Program-made: the position numbers and the translations under genes | NCBI RefSeq assembly: GCF_001194135.2 | Contig: NC_068993.1 | Location: 60,883,087-60,946,194 of the forward strand | Reading direction: 5' to 3' | Source of the DNA: Octopus bimaculoides | Taxonomy: Eukaryota | DNA length: 63,108 nt | Part shown: positions 37,371-48,680 of the stretch, in pieces | How positions within the stretch are numbered: the first letter of the stretch is position 1 | Layout: each line of letters starts with the position of its first letter | Notes under the pieces: generated by a model | What the model was told of the DNA's origin: nothing | The model's input: only the letters and a program-made list of their open reading frames with translations | The model's database searches: none

Positions 37371-38409
37371 GTGTTGTTCATCATTCATTTTGGTTCTTTT
37401 GTTTTCTCTGGCTGTTATTATAATATAATATAATTACATTCTTTACATAATGGAATTTAATATTGGAACTGTGATTACGACTGCTAATGGGGATGGGGGT
37501 TGTGTGGAGGAGACACTACTAAACGGAGAGGTCACCTCCTCCCATGCCTTCTCCCGAACACCATTAAATGATGACGAAATAGAGACTAAACACCATTAAC
37601 AGAGAAGGTAGATAAACGGCGTTATCTTAGGAAGGAATCTCACCTGACACCATTAATTGGAAAGGTTGTCATGTGACGATTAATCCATTAGTTGTAAGGG
37701 TACTTCAGACGCTACGATTAACTGCGGATATAGCCGTAATTTTATTAACTGAAGAAATAAATCGAATAAATTGGTTGTAGGTTGGTGGTAAATAAACCTC
37801 ATTATTGGAGAAATATCCATGCATTCGTCTTATTCCCCCATTCCAACTCCTGGCAGGGTTGTCTGGGGTAGAGTCCTCAGGCACTTTCTTTATAGGCTCC
37901 TATCGTAATCCTGGATTCCAATGTCATATTTCCGGTTCTGGTTAACATTACGGCAACAATGTGTAATGATCACAAAATATAAATATCGTAATAACCTACA
38001 GGACAAGATTCTACGCTTTGTGCTGTCGTGATAGAAATAACAGGAAACCAGTCCGATTCTACTATCTTCCAAAAGGAAAAGAACGTGGTGAAAAAAGGTC
38101 ATCCTACATATTATGTCTGAAAACAATAGAGAAATATTTGGTAATAACTAAGAGCTTCTTCGATCATAGGTTTGCAGCATCCAAACTGACATTCAGCTAA
38201 ATAACGACAAGAGAAGCTCAACTGCAGCATCCATTACAACGCAACAACAGTTGTCAATATTAAAGAAAGAAAAGAAAATCGACCTTTAAAAGGAAAGTTG
38301 TGCAACATAGCGTTAAGTAAAAGGTTGACAATGCATTTTTAACCGGTAAAAGAGGTAATACAATACGATATTAGAAACACTAGAAAATTAGCATTAAAAG
38401 GAAATTTCA

Positions 38410-38860
38410 CCACATTGTTAACTGGATAGATAAGCAACAGACGATGTGTTGAAGAGAGAGACAACGTATTGTTAATTGAAGGGGGAGATAATTGACACTA
38501 ACGTTAATTAGAGAGGTGTGTGACATACGGTTAATTGAGAGGATAGAAAACATAACTTTAATTGGAGATGTAGACAACATACTATTATCTGGAGAGTAAG
38601 ACAATATACCGTTATTTGGAGATATCTACAATATATCGTTAATCGAAGGGGTGTTCAACACATCGTTAATAGGGGAGATATTAAATATACTGTTAACTGG
38701 AAAAGTTAAATGGAAAGACAGACAATACTCTGTTAATTGGAGAAGTATACAGTGTGTCGTCAACTGGAGAGATAGATAAGACACAGTTAGCAGGAGAAAA
38801 TAGACTCTTAACTCTAGAGGCAGATAATATAGCGTTAAGTAGAAAGAGATCGCATCTCAG
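38410..38860. repeat. Degenerate about 27-bp minisatellite (consensus ccgttaattggagagatagacaatata)
   Basis: About 15 units aligned by eye; four consecutive units at about 38581-38690 are exactly 27 bp. Confidence 0.75.
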
Positions 38861-39182
38861 TATAAAATTAAAGAGATAACCGGTGCCACATCAAATACAG
38901 TGGAAGGTACCATTACTTGGTATTTATTGTACGTTTTTGTTTTTCATGTACTAAGATTGAAAATGCCTACCAGTATAACACGAGTAAGGCATGTGTCTCA
39001 AAGCACATGTACGGCCAAGCTACAGGAAAAGCTATAATGACGTTAAATTAGTTTTGATCTCTGTCAGCTTGATCATGTTCAAGGAGAGACCTAGTTCAGT
39101 CATATTACGAGAAAAGCCTAATAACTTTACGCATGTGACTTTATCTGAGATGGTGTGCTGAAACAAAAAACAATTGCAGCGT

Positions 39183-39400
39183 GGAAGGTGTTTATAAACC
39201 ATTTAAAGACACACAAAAAACCGTTAGATTCACTTCAGCATCTAAATTTAATTTGTCAAGATATTTTCGTCGCTTTGAAACCGCGACTTGTTCACTGACA
39301 AAATTCTGTGCGGCATTTTGACAAGTTAAATTTAAATGTTGAAGCGAATCTAACGGGGGGTTTTTTTTGTGTGTTTTTAAATGGTTTATAAACATCTCCC
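39183..39400. mobile_element. Foldback element (about 80-bp inverted arms), probably a Penelope-type inverted pLTR
   Basis: Arms 39183-39262 and 39315-39399 are reverse complements with few mismatches; hammerhead-like fold in the spacer. Confidence 0.75.
39251..39304 (-). ncRNA. Candidate variant hammerhead ribozyme (G3-C8 core)
   Basis: ttttgtca-GTGAACA-a-gtcgc(ggtttcaaa)gcgac-GAAA-atat-ct-tgacaaa: 7-bp stem I, 5-bp stem II, GAAA, palindromic stem III; position 16.1 is C in this copy. Confidence 0.55.
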
Positions 39401-39576
39401 ATGCCTAATATCTTTGTACAAACAGAAAGTTTCCATGTTGCCACAAGGCATCATTGCACTTTCAATACAAAAAAATAGGTTTCGCATTGGGTTTTAGTAA
39501 TCGAATATTAGATAGAAGTGTGGTTGTGTAACATCAAGTGCTCTTCAAATATGGCACATATAAAAAAAAATACGAC

Positions 39577-39639
<63 letters not shown>

Positions 39640-39664
39640 GTAAATATATGTGTGTGTGTGTGTG

Positions 39665-39775
39665 TGAGTGTTTATTGGGCGATATACCTAAAGCTCCACG
39701 AGACTCCGGCAGGGGGCTGGGCGAACCCTGCTGTACTCTTTCACTGCAACTTTCTCTCACTCTTTCTTCCTGTTT
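39665..39775 (-). mobile_element. SINE-like fragment
   Basis: caggaagaaagagtgagagaaagttgcagtgaaagagtacagcagggttcgccc...gccggagtctcgtggagctttagg; recalled as part of a common octopus repeat, not verified. Confidence 0.4.
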
Positions 39776-41313
39776 TTGAGTTAGACATTAGACATTTATC
39801 TGAAACTGAGACAGAGACACATGTCCATGATTGTCCTCTCCTCTCCAGACGGTAAGTCTTTTTCCTTAATGGTCTGTCAACTTTGGAGAATCCTTGATCT
39901 TTGAGATTATCTCTTCTTAAGAGGGGATCGTCTCATTTACCATTTTGTAATTGCGACACAGCGTCAGGAGGCAGAAATAGTTTTAATAAATCAAGAAATT
40001 TATGTTGTGCGGTATTTGATAGACCTGTCTTTGTCTATGTTGCTCATCTACATGCCACTGGCTGCTCTGAGTTATTCCTCTCTCACCTCACACACATACA
40101 CACACACACACACACAGATATACATATGTATATGTGTATGATTTTTACATAGACACACTGGCATATACATTCTCACAAAGCTCTACGCTAAGGAAACTTC
40201 AAACATTCGCATAAACATGTGTATATAGACGTGCGAGTGTGGAAGTATGCATCTAAGCTGGCGCCTCCTACAATCACATGCCATCTACAAACACCCGATT
40301 AAATTTGACGTATGCCTGCAATAGAATTCAGACTAAACGTGATGACCACTTATAATCACACACACGCACACGCTCTTTCTCCGCCCCCTTTCTCTCTCCA
40401 TCACTCTCTATCTCTCTCATACACACTGCCTAACTCTCGTTCTTTCTCTCCCGCTCTCACACACAAACATCTATTGACGTCATATAATATCTCTTGTTTT
40501 CTTTTACCATTATTCCCACCCTCACAGATTAGACCAGACTTGCCTTGATAGATCGCTGATAGAATTGTGATAACGTTTAATTTACAAGATAAATAACATT
40601 TGAAAGATGAAGACTCTTTTGGGCCAGAAGACTAATTTAATATTTGTCGATCGAGTGCAGCCATTGTAAGCTGCTACAACAAACACGATGAACAAGATGG
40701 CTGCCTGGTGGGATGGACGGATGGATGGTAGCGCTTTTCTTTTTCCATTGTTATTGTTTTTGTACGTTTATTCTCCCTCTGTCAGTAAACTAAGTCAAAC
40801 AGTTGTGTCATTTTATATTCTTCCGATCTATTCCTCACCTCTTTCTTCCTTCCTTTCTTTCTTTCATTCTCTCAGTTTTCTTTCTTCTTTTTCTTCTTTT
40901 CTTCTTGCTTGCTACTTGTTCTATCGCTTATATTTGATTTTTGCATCTCCTTCATTTTTCTCCATTCAATATTTCTTTTCATCTTACTGTACACTCCTTA
41001 CGTCTGTCTGTGCAACCCTCCCCCCTCCCCCCCACACACACACTCAGAACTGGTGTTTCAACAGCGTTTCATTTCGTTGCTATGATGCACGATAGACTAA
41101 TATCTACCCGTTTATAGCTGACACTATATGCGTTACGGAAACTGTAGACACTCTATCTCTATCGTATCTGTACGGACAAAAAAAGGGGAAACACTTCCGA
41201 AAACGAAAGAGAAGAATGCAACTCTTGCCACTATTTTTCTTCGCACATATTTTGCATAGGAATCGCTTAAAATAGTCCAAGGACATAATGTTAGCTGCAA
41301 GACCGATAAATAT

Positions 41314-41387
41314 ACACGGCTAGCTCAGTCGGCCGAGCATGAGACTCTCGATCTCGGTCTCGTGCTTTCGGGGCCCCACGTCGGATG
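41314..41387 (+). pseudogene. tRNA-Lys(CTT)-derived pseudogene
   Basis: cggctagctcagtcggccgagcatgagactctcgatctc...cgtg..ttcgg.gccccacgtcgg aligns to GCCCGGCTAGCTCAGTCGGTAGAGCATGAGACTCTTAATCTCAGGGTCGTGGGTTCGAGCCCCACGTTGGGCG with about 15 differences; damaged T-arm/B-box. Confidence 0.85.
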
Positions 41388-41402
41388 CACTGCATCCTTT
41401 GC

Positions 41403-41580
41403 TGCAGGCGTGGTGGTGAAGTAAAGAAGTTCAGTTTGCAACCAATTAGTTCCTGGTTCGAGCCCACTGCGATGCACCTCGGCCACGTGTCTTCTTTTAC
41501 GGCTTTAGTCTATAGAAGGTTTGTGAGTGCCCAAAGCTTTGTGAGTTTGCAGACGGAGACTGAGTAGAAGCCCTACGAAT
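41403..41580 (+). mobile_element. SINE family B, diverged 5' half
   Basis: gcaggcgtggtggtg...ggttcgagcccactgcgatgcacctcggccacgtgtcttc...gcagacggagactgagtagaagccc. Confidence 0.7.
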
Positions 41581-41609
41581 ATATCTATATGTGTGGGAGG
41601 GTGTTTGTG

Positions 41610-41830
41610 TTATTTCTTTACTACCCACAAGGGGCTACATACAGAGAGGACAAACAAGGACAGACAAATGGATTAAGTCGATTATATCGACCCCAGTGTG
41701 TAACTGCTACTTATTTAATCGACCCCGAAAGGATGAAAGGCAAAGTCGATCTCGGCGGAATTTGAACTCAGAACGTAGCGGCAGACGAAATACCGCTAAG
41801 CATTTCGCCCGGCGTGCTAACGTTTCCGCC
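41610..41830 (-). mobile_element. SINE family A, young, slightly 5'-truncated
   Basis: Highly similar to 33399-33620. Confidence 0.9.
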
Positions 41831-41834
41831 AAAT

Positions 41835-41935
41835 CGTTGTGTTAACAACAAACAAGATGAGGACAGATATCCGTCAAATGTAAATAATGCAAATAATGTA
41901 CATAATTCCTCATCTCTTAAATCTAGAACTGTAAA
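41835..41935 (+). mobile_element. Penelope-like pLTR fragment (same family as 31361-31490)
   Basis: cgttgtgttaacaacaaacaagatgaggac..atatccgtcaaatgta is nearly identical to the reverse complement of 31363-31410. Confidence 0.8.
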
Positions 41936-42116
41936 TGTAGAGTTATTTATATTTTACTGGAAGCTGGATATTTACAAATCATTCCTCCGAGTTTTTCGTT
42001 CCTATTTTCAGTCGATTATATAAAAAACAAAATATGAGATAAAAAAAATTCAGTGTTTCATAAGCAAGAAAAATTATTGCTCATCGATTTGATCTGATCC
42101 GGCATGCTAACAATTC

Positions 42117-42325
42117 CGGCAGAATTGTTAGCATGCCGGACAAAAGGCTTGGCGGTATTTCATCGGTCTTCACGTTCTGACTCCAAATGCCGCCCAGGTT
42201 GACTTTACCTTTCATTTCTCCAGGGTCCATAAAATAAGTACCAGTTGAACACTGGGGTCGACGTTACCGATTTATACACTCCCCTGTAATTGCTGGCCTC
42301 GTGCCGAAATTTGAAACTAACGGCT
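42117..42325 (+). mobile_element. SINE family A preceded by an inverted duplication of its own head
   Basis: Consensus body; 19-bp perfect hairpin at 42098-42140. Confidence 0.85.
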
Positions 42326-42792
42326 ATTATCGAATGAAGGAATCTTATTGCATGACAATAAAACTGCTATCTGAAAATATATTGGGATGACACATAGAGC
42401 ATTAGAGATAAATTTTACGAAATGTATTTTCGCCTGTAAATGTGTATATGAAATTTTTATTTATTTATTTATTTATGGAGAAAAACTTAGCAGTGTTGAC
42501 TATTGTATTGCATAAAACATCAAATCGTTAACACGATGTATTTAGAATTTATTTTATTCCAGAATTTTTATTATTCAGCGACATGAAGTACTTATTGCTT
42601 GAATTTGCCATTAGAGGATACAAAATAACAAAAACAAATGAGTTGTCGCGTGTTTATATCCGTCTAAAATCTCTCTTAGTTTATCCGTGTGCATTATATT
42701 TAAAAGAATTTCCAGCACACTACAGCAACAGTGTCATAGTTTCGCGCCGTATGAGCACAAATGAACTGCATAGTTTTAGAAAAAATCTCATA

Positions 42793-43003
42793 AATTTATT
42801 TATAAAATTGGCATTAAAAATCACAGTTAATACTCAGCTCAATTTCCTGGAAACTACCTGAAACATAGATACGAGTATATTCTTCCAATAATATCAAAAA
42901 TTTATTTATAACATTGGCATTAAAATCACAGTTAATACTCAGCTAAATTTCTTAGAATCTACCTGAAACGTAGAGACGAATATATCCTTCCATTATCAAA
43001 AAA
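42793..43003. repeat. 2 x about 105-bp tandem duplication
   Basis: aaatttatttataa(a/c)attggcattaaaa(a)tcacagttaatactcagct...ctacctgaaac.taga.acga.tata..cttcca occurs twice. Confidence 0.9.
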
Positions 43004-43424
43004 ATGTTTATGCATATAAACGAATATTCAAATCAGCTGCCACACACTCTTCGATAATATTTAATCCCTTGTATAGATTAAATTCGTATCGTCATTATCT
43101 TCAGATGTAAGCCAGGTTTATTAGGGATTCTGGTTATTACATGGAAGCTATTGCGTAATAGTGGCTTTACACATAATTACCAATCAATAACCGCTCAAAT
43201 GTCTGCAAGGGTAATTTGGCCAAATTACCTTTGATCGCCAAAAACCTCTTCAGTTTAATCGATTTTCGTTTCCCAACAAATAACACAAGATATTTAATAA
43301 AAAGTCCATGAATACAATCTATTCTTTTAAAATCTTTGCTCGCTTAATCAATTTACTCTCCAAAATCTCACAACTACAGAATCTTTTCTCCCTTTTGTAG
43401 CTTCAGATCCCGAAACAACTCTCC

Positions 43425-43690
43425 GCTTGGCGATAATTGTTTTTCAAAATCCCTGATATATTTTGGAACAGATAAGAAAGAAGATCTAAAACTTCAAGAA
43501 TTAATCAATGACGTTCATAACTGTTTTTAAAATCAAACGGGAAATGACGAAAGGGGCATATATTTCTAGACATTCTAATGAAGAACGTGAGATTATTACA
43601 ACTGATCTCTACAAGGAAACGAATAACCATGAGTCCTTAAGCTTTTGACTTTGCCATCCGTTCCATGCAATAAAAAATTACCCATATATA
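43425..43690 (+). mobile_element. Penelope-like reverse transcriptase remnant
   Basis: Across frameshifts: DNCF...IFLDILMK...IITTDLYK.TNNH..LSF..CHPFHAIKNYPY resembles PLE RT LPFLDILI...ITTDIYYKPTDTHQYLHF.SCHP.HTK.NIPY. Confidence 0.6.
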
Positions 43691-44254
43691 CGCAATAGTT
43701 ACAGACACTTTATTTCACGTTGCTCCAGTTCACTCAGCTGGCAAAAATGAGTAGTACCTATATTTCAAAAGGACAGCCTCGTCACATTCTGTGTCACGCT
43801 GAATCTCCCTGAGAACTATGCTAAGAGTATAGTGTCTGTGGAGTGCTCAGCCACTTGCACATTAATTTCAGGAACACGTTTTTCCAGTGCCATCGTTGTC
43901 ACTGACGAAGTACCATTTTTTTTTTGGGGGGGGGGGGGATAGTATATTTTTATTGATGTGAATTAATTTTAACTGCATATCGAAATCGGTTTCACAACTT
44001 CTGTTCAGTGTCTTATAAAAATGTTGGTTTTTCCTGTTGCCTAAAGAAAAAGATCTTGCATTTGAAGCAAGCATCCAATGTCTTTCTCAAGGAAAGCTAG
44101 ACAGAAGTCAAGCGATAATTGAAACAGTCTCAATGCCCACCCAGCCGTGAGGCTCCGACAGCATTCGAAGAGCTGCACTGGCTGTAGTACATAGCCATCG
44201 TAACAACGTTAACTGACCCTACAATAGCGGTCTCATAGTTTGACAGAAGGACAG

Positions 44255-44430
44255 GAGGTAAGTCTATTACGTCGACCCCAGTCTTTAACTGGTACATACC
44301 TTATCGACCCCCGAGAGAACGAAAGTTAAAGTTGACCTGGTCACAGTTCGGATTCAGAACGTAATGAGTTAGAAGAAGAGTGGCCATGCATCCTAGTCCA
44401 ACACCGTGACGATTCTGCTAGCTTGCTGTT
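44255..44430 (-). mobile_element. SINE family A, old
   Basis: gtcgaccccagt...ctggtac...ttatcgaccccc...aaagttgacct...ttcagaacgta. Confidence 0.7.
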
Positions 44431-44648
44431 TTATCTGTTTCTATAATGGTGCTACCACTATAATGGTGCGCCCGCACTCGCATACGTACACACACACGCG
44501 TACAAACACACATACAAACACACACACAAACACATGCAAACAGCACAGACACATTCTGTCATTTAGTTATATCTCGCACGTGTAGGCACGCAAACCTCTT
44601 CACTGGCCTTTCTCTCGCTCTCTCTTTCTCTTTTTCTCTATCTGCCTG

Positions 44649-44712
<64 letters not shown>

Positions 44713-44834
44713 TGTTTCTTTAAGAGCAGAATCCATTAAAAGACATCAGAAATCAAAGACAAAACACACGGAACCAGGAACCTTAAGGCAAGAATTACAC
44801 AAGTTGCGTTATAACATGTATGCTCGTTTATCAA

Positions 44835-44902
<68 letters not shown>

Positions 44903-45343
44903 CAAGAGAATAAACGCTTAAATAGCCAATGTCGGGTCATATCTATTTCAGCAGACTGGAATTTGAAGCCGATTTCACAACCGTGGGGCCGTCGAATATT
45001 TACCAGTTGCTGCAGAGTTTTCTGCGTGCCATGATTGAATAACCGAATCATAAAGATACGATGAAAAACAATGAAAGGAACCATAGAAATATAGAGAGGG
45101 AAGGAAGAAGGATGAGAAGAATAAGAGAAGTAGGTGAAACGCGAAAGTGAAAGTGAAAGAAGAGGATGACCAGCAGCAGGATGAAGTAATGTTTAGGCTG
45201 GATCGATAAACGGTTATTAGATTACAGATGAGAAATCAACTTAATTAGTCATTTTAAATAGGAGCCATTATTCATGTCATTTATATACGTGTGTAGGTGA
45301 GTGGCTGTATATTGAATATATGCACGCGCGTGTGTGTGTGTGC

Positions 45344-45375
<32 letters not shown>

Positions 45376-45486
45376 TTAGCATATACAGATGTGTGTGTTT
45401 ACGCGTATATATGTTAGCATGTGTATATATGTTTGTACATAAATATATATATGTATGTGTGTATGTATAATAGTGGGGTATATATA

Positions 45487-45554
<68 letters not shown>

Positions 45555-45619
45555 GAGACAGCGTATTTGTGGAAAAGTTCAAAATATATTTATGTGGGTA
45601 TTTATTTATTTATTTATGT

Positions 45620-45660
45620 GTTTCAGCCAAGTGGCTGCGGTCATGCTGGTGCACCACCGT
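45620..45660 (-). mobile_element. SINE family B tail fragment
   Basis: tttcagccaagtggctgcggtcatgctggtgcaccacc. Confidence 0.55.
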
Positions 45661-47540
45661 GAGTATGATTAATAAACAGACATTGAAAGCCCACTGGGGA
45701 AACAAAGTTCCCGTGGTTGAACAAAACAAAACTCTCTCTCCCTCTCTCTCTTTTTCTCTCTCTCTCTCTTTTTCTCTCTCTCTCTCTCTCTACAGAATAG
45801 ACACAAGAACAACTCCCACACGTTCCATGACCATTAGCAGCTTTTCAGGAATATTGAATTTGTTTGTTTCTACTACAAAGGATCTGAGACACAGAGACGC
45901 AGAGAGCGTGGTGGTTGTGGCGGGGGGGACGGAAGGAGGGGGAGGTGGAGAGCGTCGGGTTACGACTATTTATCCAAAAACGCGATGATTAACAGGTACC
46001 AATGTTTTTCATTATCGTTTCAAGTTGAATGACGTTCAAAAAGGTATTCCAAGGCCAGAAGAAGCGTTTTGGCCCTCAGCCTGCACGCTTCGCCTGAATG
46101 GTACAGAAAGAACCGAATTAGTCTTCGCTAACATAAGGGTTCCATCTGCAACCTCGCAGCAACTTGGAGCTGGTTCCCGCTGCTCTCCTGCCTACCCTGT
46201 TACTGGTTGTCCTCGGTAGTTTCGGTTCCACACCAATTTTCTACAGGAATTAGCGCACCGATCTAGCTGGAACACCGTGGCAGCAGATTTCAAAAGGGAA
46301 TGATGCTACGCGCTGATCCATGACAAAGTCTTCGTCAACCAAGTCCTGGAACTGGGTTTTCTTTAGCTGGTGAGAAAGCGTCGAATCTGCCCTCCAGGTT
46401 TCTGTAAGTTTAACCACGATTATTGTGCTTTCCCTCCTGAAGGCACTCGTCTACCTCGGACTACTTTATGCGATGTGTTCTTTACAGATGTAAGTGGAGT
46501 TTTAGAGGACACTTGGCTGCTATTTTTAGCGGGTTTGGCAACCGAGAACAGGTTCTTTCCTAACTAGTAATCATCATTGGGCAATGCCACGTGGTTTTTT
46601 TTACTGTTATTGCGGTCGTAGCACATGTTATTACTGTTGTCGTGATGAGGGTGACGAAGAGGTGAAGAAGCAGGAGAAGGAGGAGGAGGAGGAAGAAGAA
46701 GAAGAAGAAGAAGAAGAAGAAGAAGAAGAAGAAGAAGAAGAAGAAGAAGAAGAAGAAGAAGAAGAAGAAGAGGAGGAGTAGGAAATGGACGAGGAGGAGT
46801 AGCAGAGGAATTATGGCAGTGATGATGATGATGATGATGATGGTTGTGGTGATGTTGGTNNNNNNNNNNNNNNNNNNNNNNNNNNNNNNNNNNNNNNNNN
46901 NNNNNNNNNNNNNNNNNNNNNNNNNNNNNNNNNNNNNNNNNNNNNNNNNNNNNNNNNNNNNNNNNNNNNNNNNNNNNNNNNNNNNNNNNNNNNNNNNNNN
47001 NNNNNNNNNNNNNNNNNNNNNNNNNNNNNNNNNNNNNNNNNNNNNNNNNNNNNNNNNNNNNNNNNNNNNNNNNNNNNNNNNNNNNNNNNNNNNNNNNNNN
47101 NNNNNNNNNNNNNNNNNNNNNNNNNNNNNNNNNNNNNNNNNNNNNNNNNNNNNNNNNNNNNNNNNNNNNNNNNNNNNNNNNNNNNNNNNNNNNNNNNNNN
47201 NNNNNNNNNNNNNNNNNNNNNNNNNNNNNNNNNNNNNNNNNNNNNNNNNNNNNNNNNNNNNNNNNNNNNNNNNNNNNNNNNNNNNNNNNNNNNNNNNNNN
47301 NNNNNNNNNNNNNNNNNNNNNNNNNNNNNNNNNNNNNNNNNNNNNNNNNNNNNNNNNNNNNNNNNNNNNNNNNNNNNNNNNNNNNNNNNNNNNNNNNNNN
47401 NNNNNNNNNNNNNNNNNNNNNNNNNNNNNNNNNNNNNAGTTGTGATTGCGTGTGTATAGGTTTGTGTCTATGAGACTGTAGACGGATGTGGTTGTGTGCA
47501 TGGATATACGTATGTTGTTTGTCAGTATATGTATCCATTA

Positions 47541-47579
<39 letters not shown>

Positions 47580-48139
47580 CGCACATACACACACATGCAC
47601 ACATACACAGACGCTTACTGGCATGCGCATGGATGTACAAACTACGCATGCTATTGTATTTGTGAATGAATGAGCGTATGTATGTATGTATGTATGTACG
47701 TATGTGTGTGTGTGTGCCGCTTTACTTTTGCATGTGTGTGTAAAATGTGTGAAGGAGAATTTATTTAATTGATGTATGGAAGAGCAAAGGCGCTATGAAC
47801 ACGCTGAAACCATTAACACAAACCGGCAAAGTCAGTAAGGTTCCGATAAAAAGATCTATCGCCGAGGTTAGATTATAATGCGCCATTCTTTAATGAATTT
47901 TACATCATTTCTAGCGGTTTGCTGGTTGTGGAAAAGGTTAAGTTATCTCGAAAACTTCCAAGGCCTAGCGATGAACTGGAACCGGATTAGTTTTACTGGG
48001 GCTCCTTACCGAGATGTATTTATGAGGGCAACACCGCGATATACGTGAGTCTGTTCACCTGTGTATGTGCATGTCACATGTGTGTGTGTGTGTGCATGTG
48101 TGCGTTGGGTGTATTTATGTGTCACAATGTGTATATGTA

Positions 48140-48162
48140 TCTGTAACTATATCCGTGTACAG

Positions 48163-48203
<41 letters not shown>

Positions 48204-48340
48204 AAACATACGCACACACACATCTGTACACGGATATAGTTACAGATACATATATATATGTATATACACATATATATTTTTATGTGTGTGTGTGTGCGTA
48301 TGTGCGTGTGTGTGTGTGTGTGTGTGTGTATATGTATATA

Positions 48341-48381
<41 letters not shown>

Positions 48382-48514
48382 ATGCATATATATATTTATG
48401 TATGTATATATATATACATATGTATGTATATATATACATATGTATGTATATATATATATGTGTATGTATATATGTATGTATGTATGTATGTATAGATGTA
48501 TGTGTGTATATATG

Positions 48515-48585
<71 letters not shown>

Positions 48586-48616
48586 ATATGTATATATATA
48601 TGTGTGTATATACATA

Positions 48617-48651
<35 letters not shown>

Positions 48652-48680
48652 GTATATGTGTGTGTATATGTATGTACCTG
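48140..48680. repeat. Compound TA/TG/TATG microsatellite
   Basis: Visible directly; source of the Y/I/V/C ORFs. Similar blocks at 9430-9660, 13060-13430, 28120-28590, 56730-57130, 57480-58990 and 62390-62700. Confidence 0.95.

Noticed and set aside
38410-38860. CRISPR-like periodicity
   Set aside because: Units are contiguous and degenerate, with no unique spacers and no cas genes, in a eukaryotic context.
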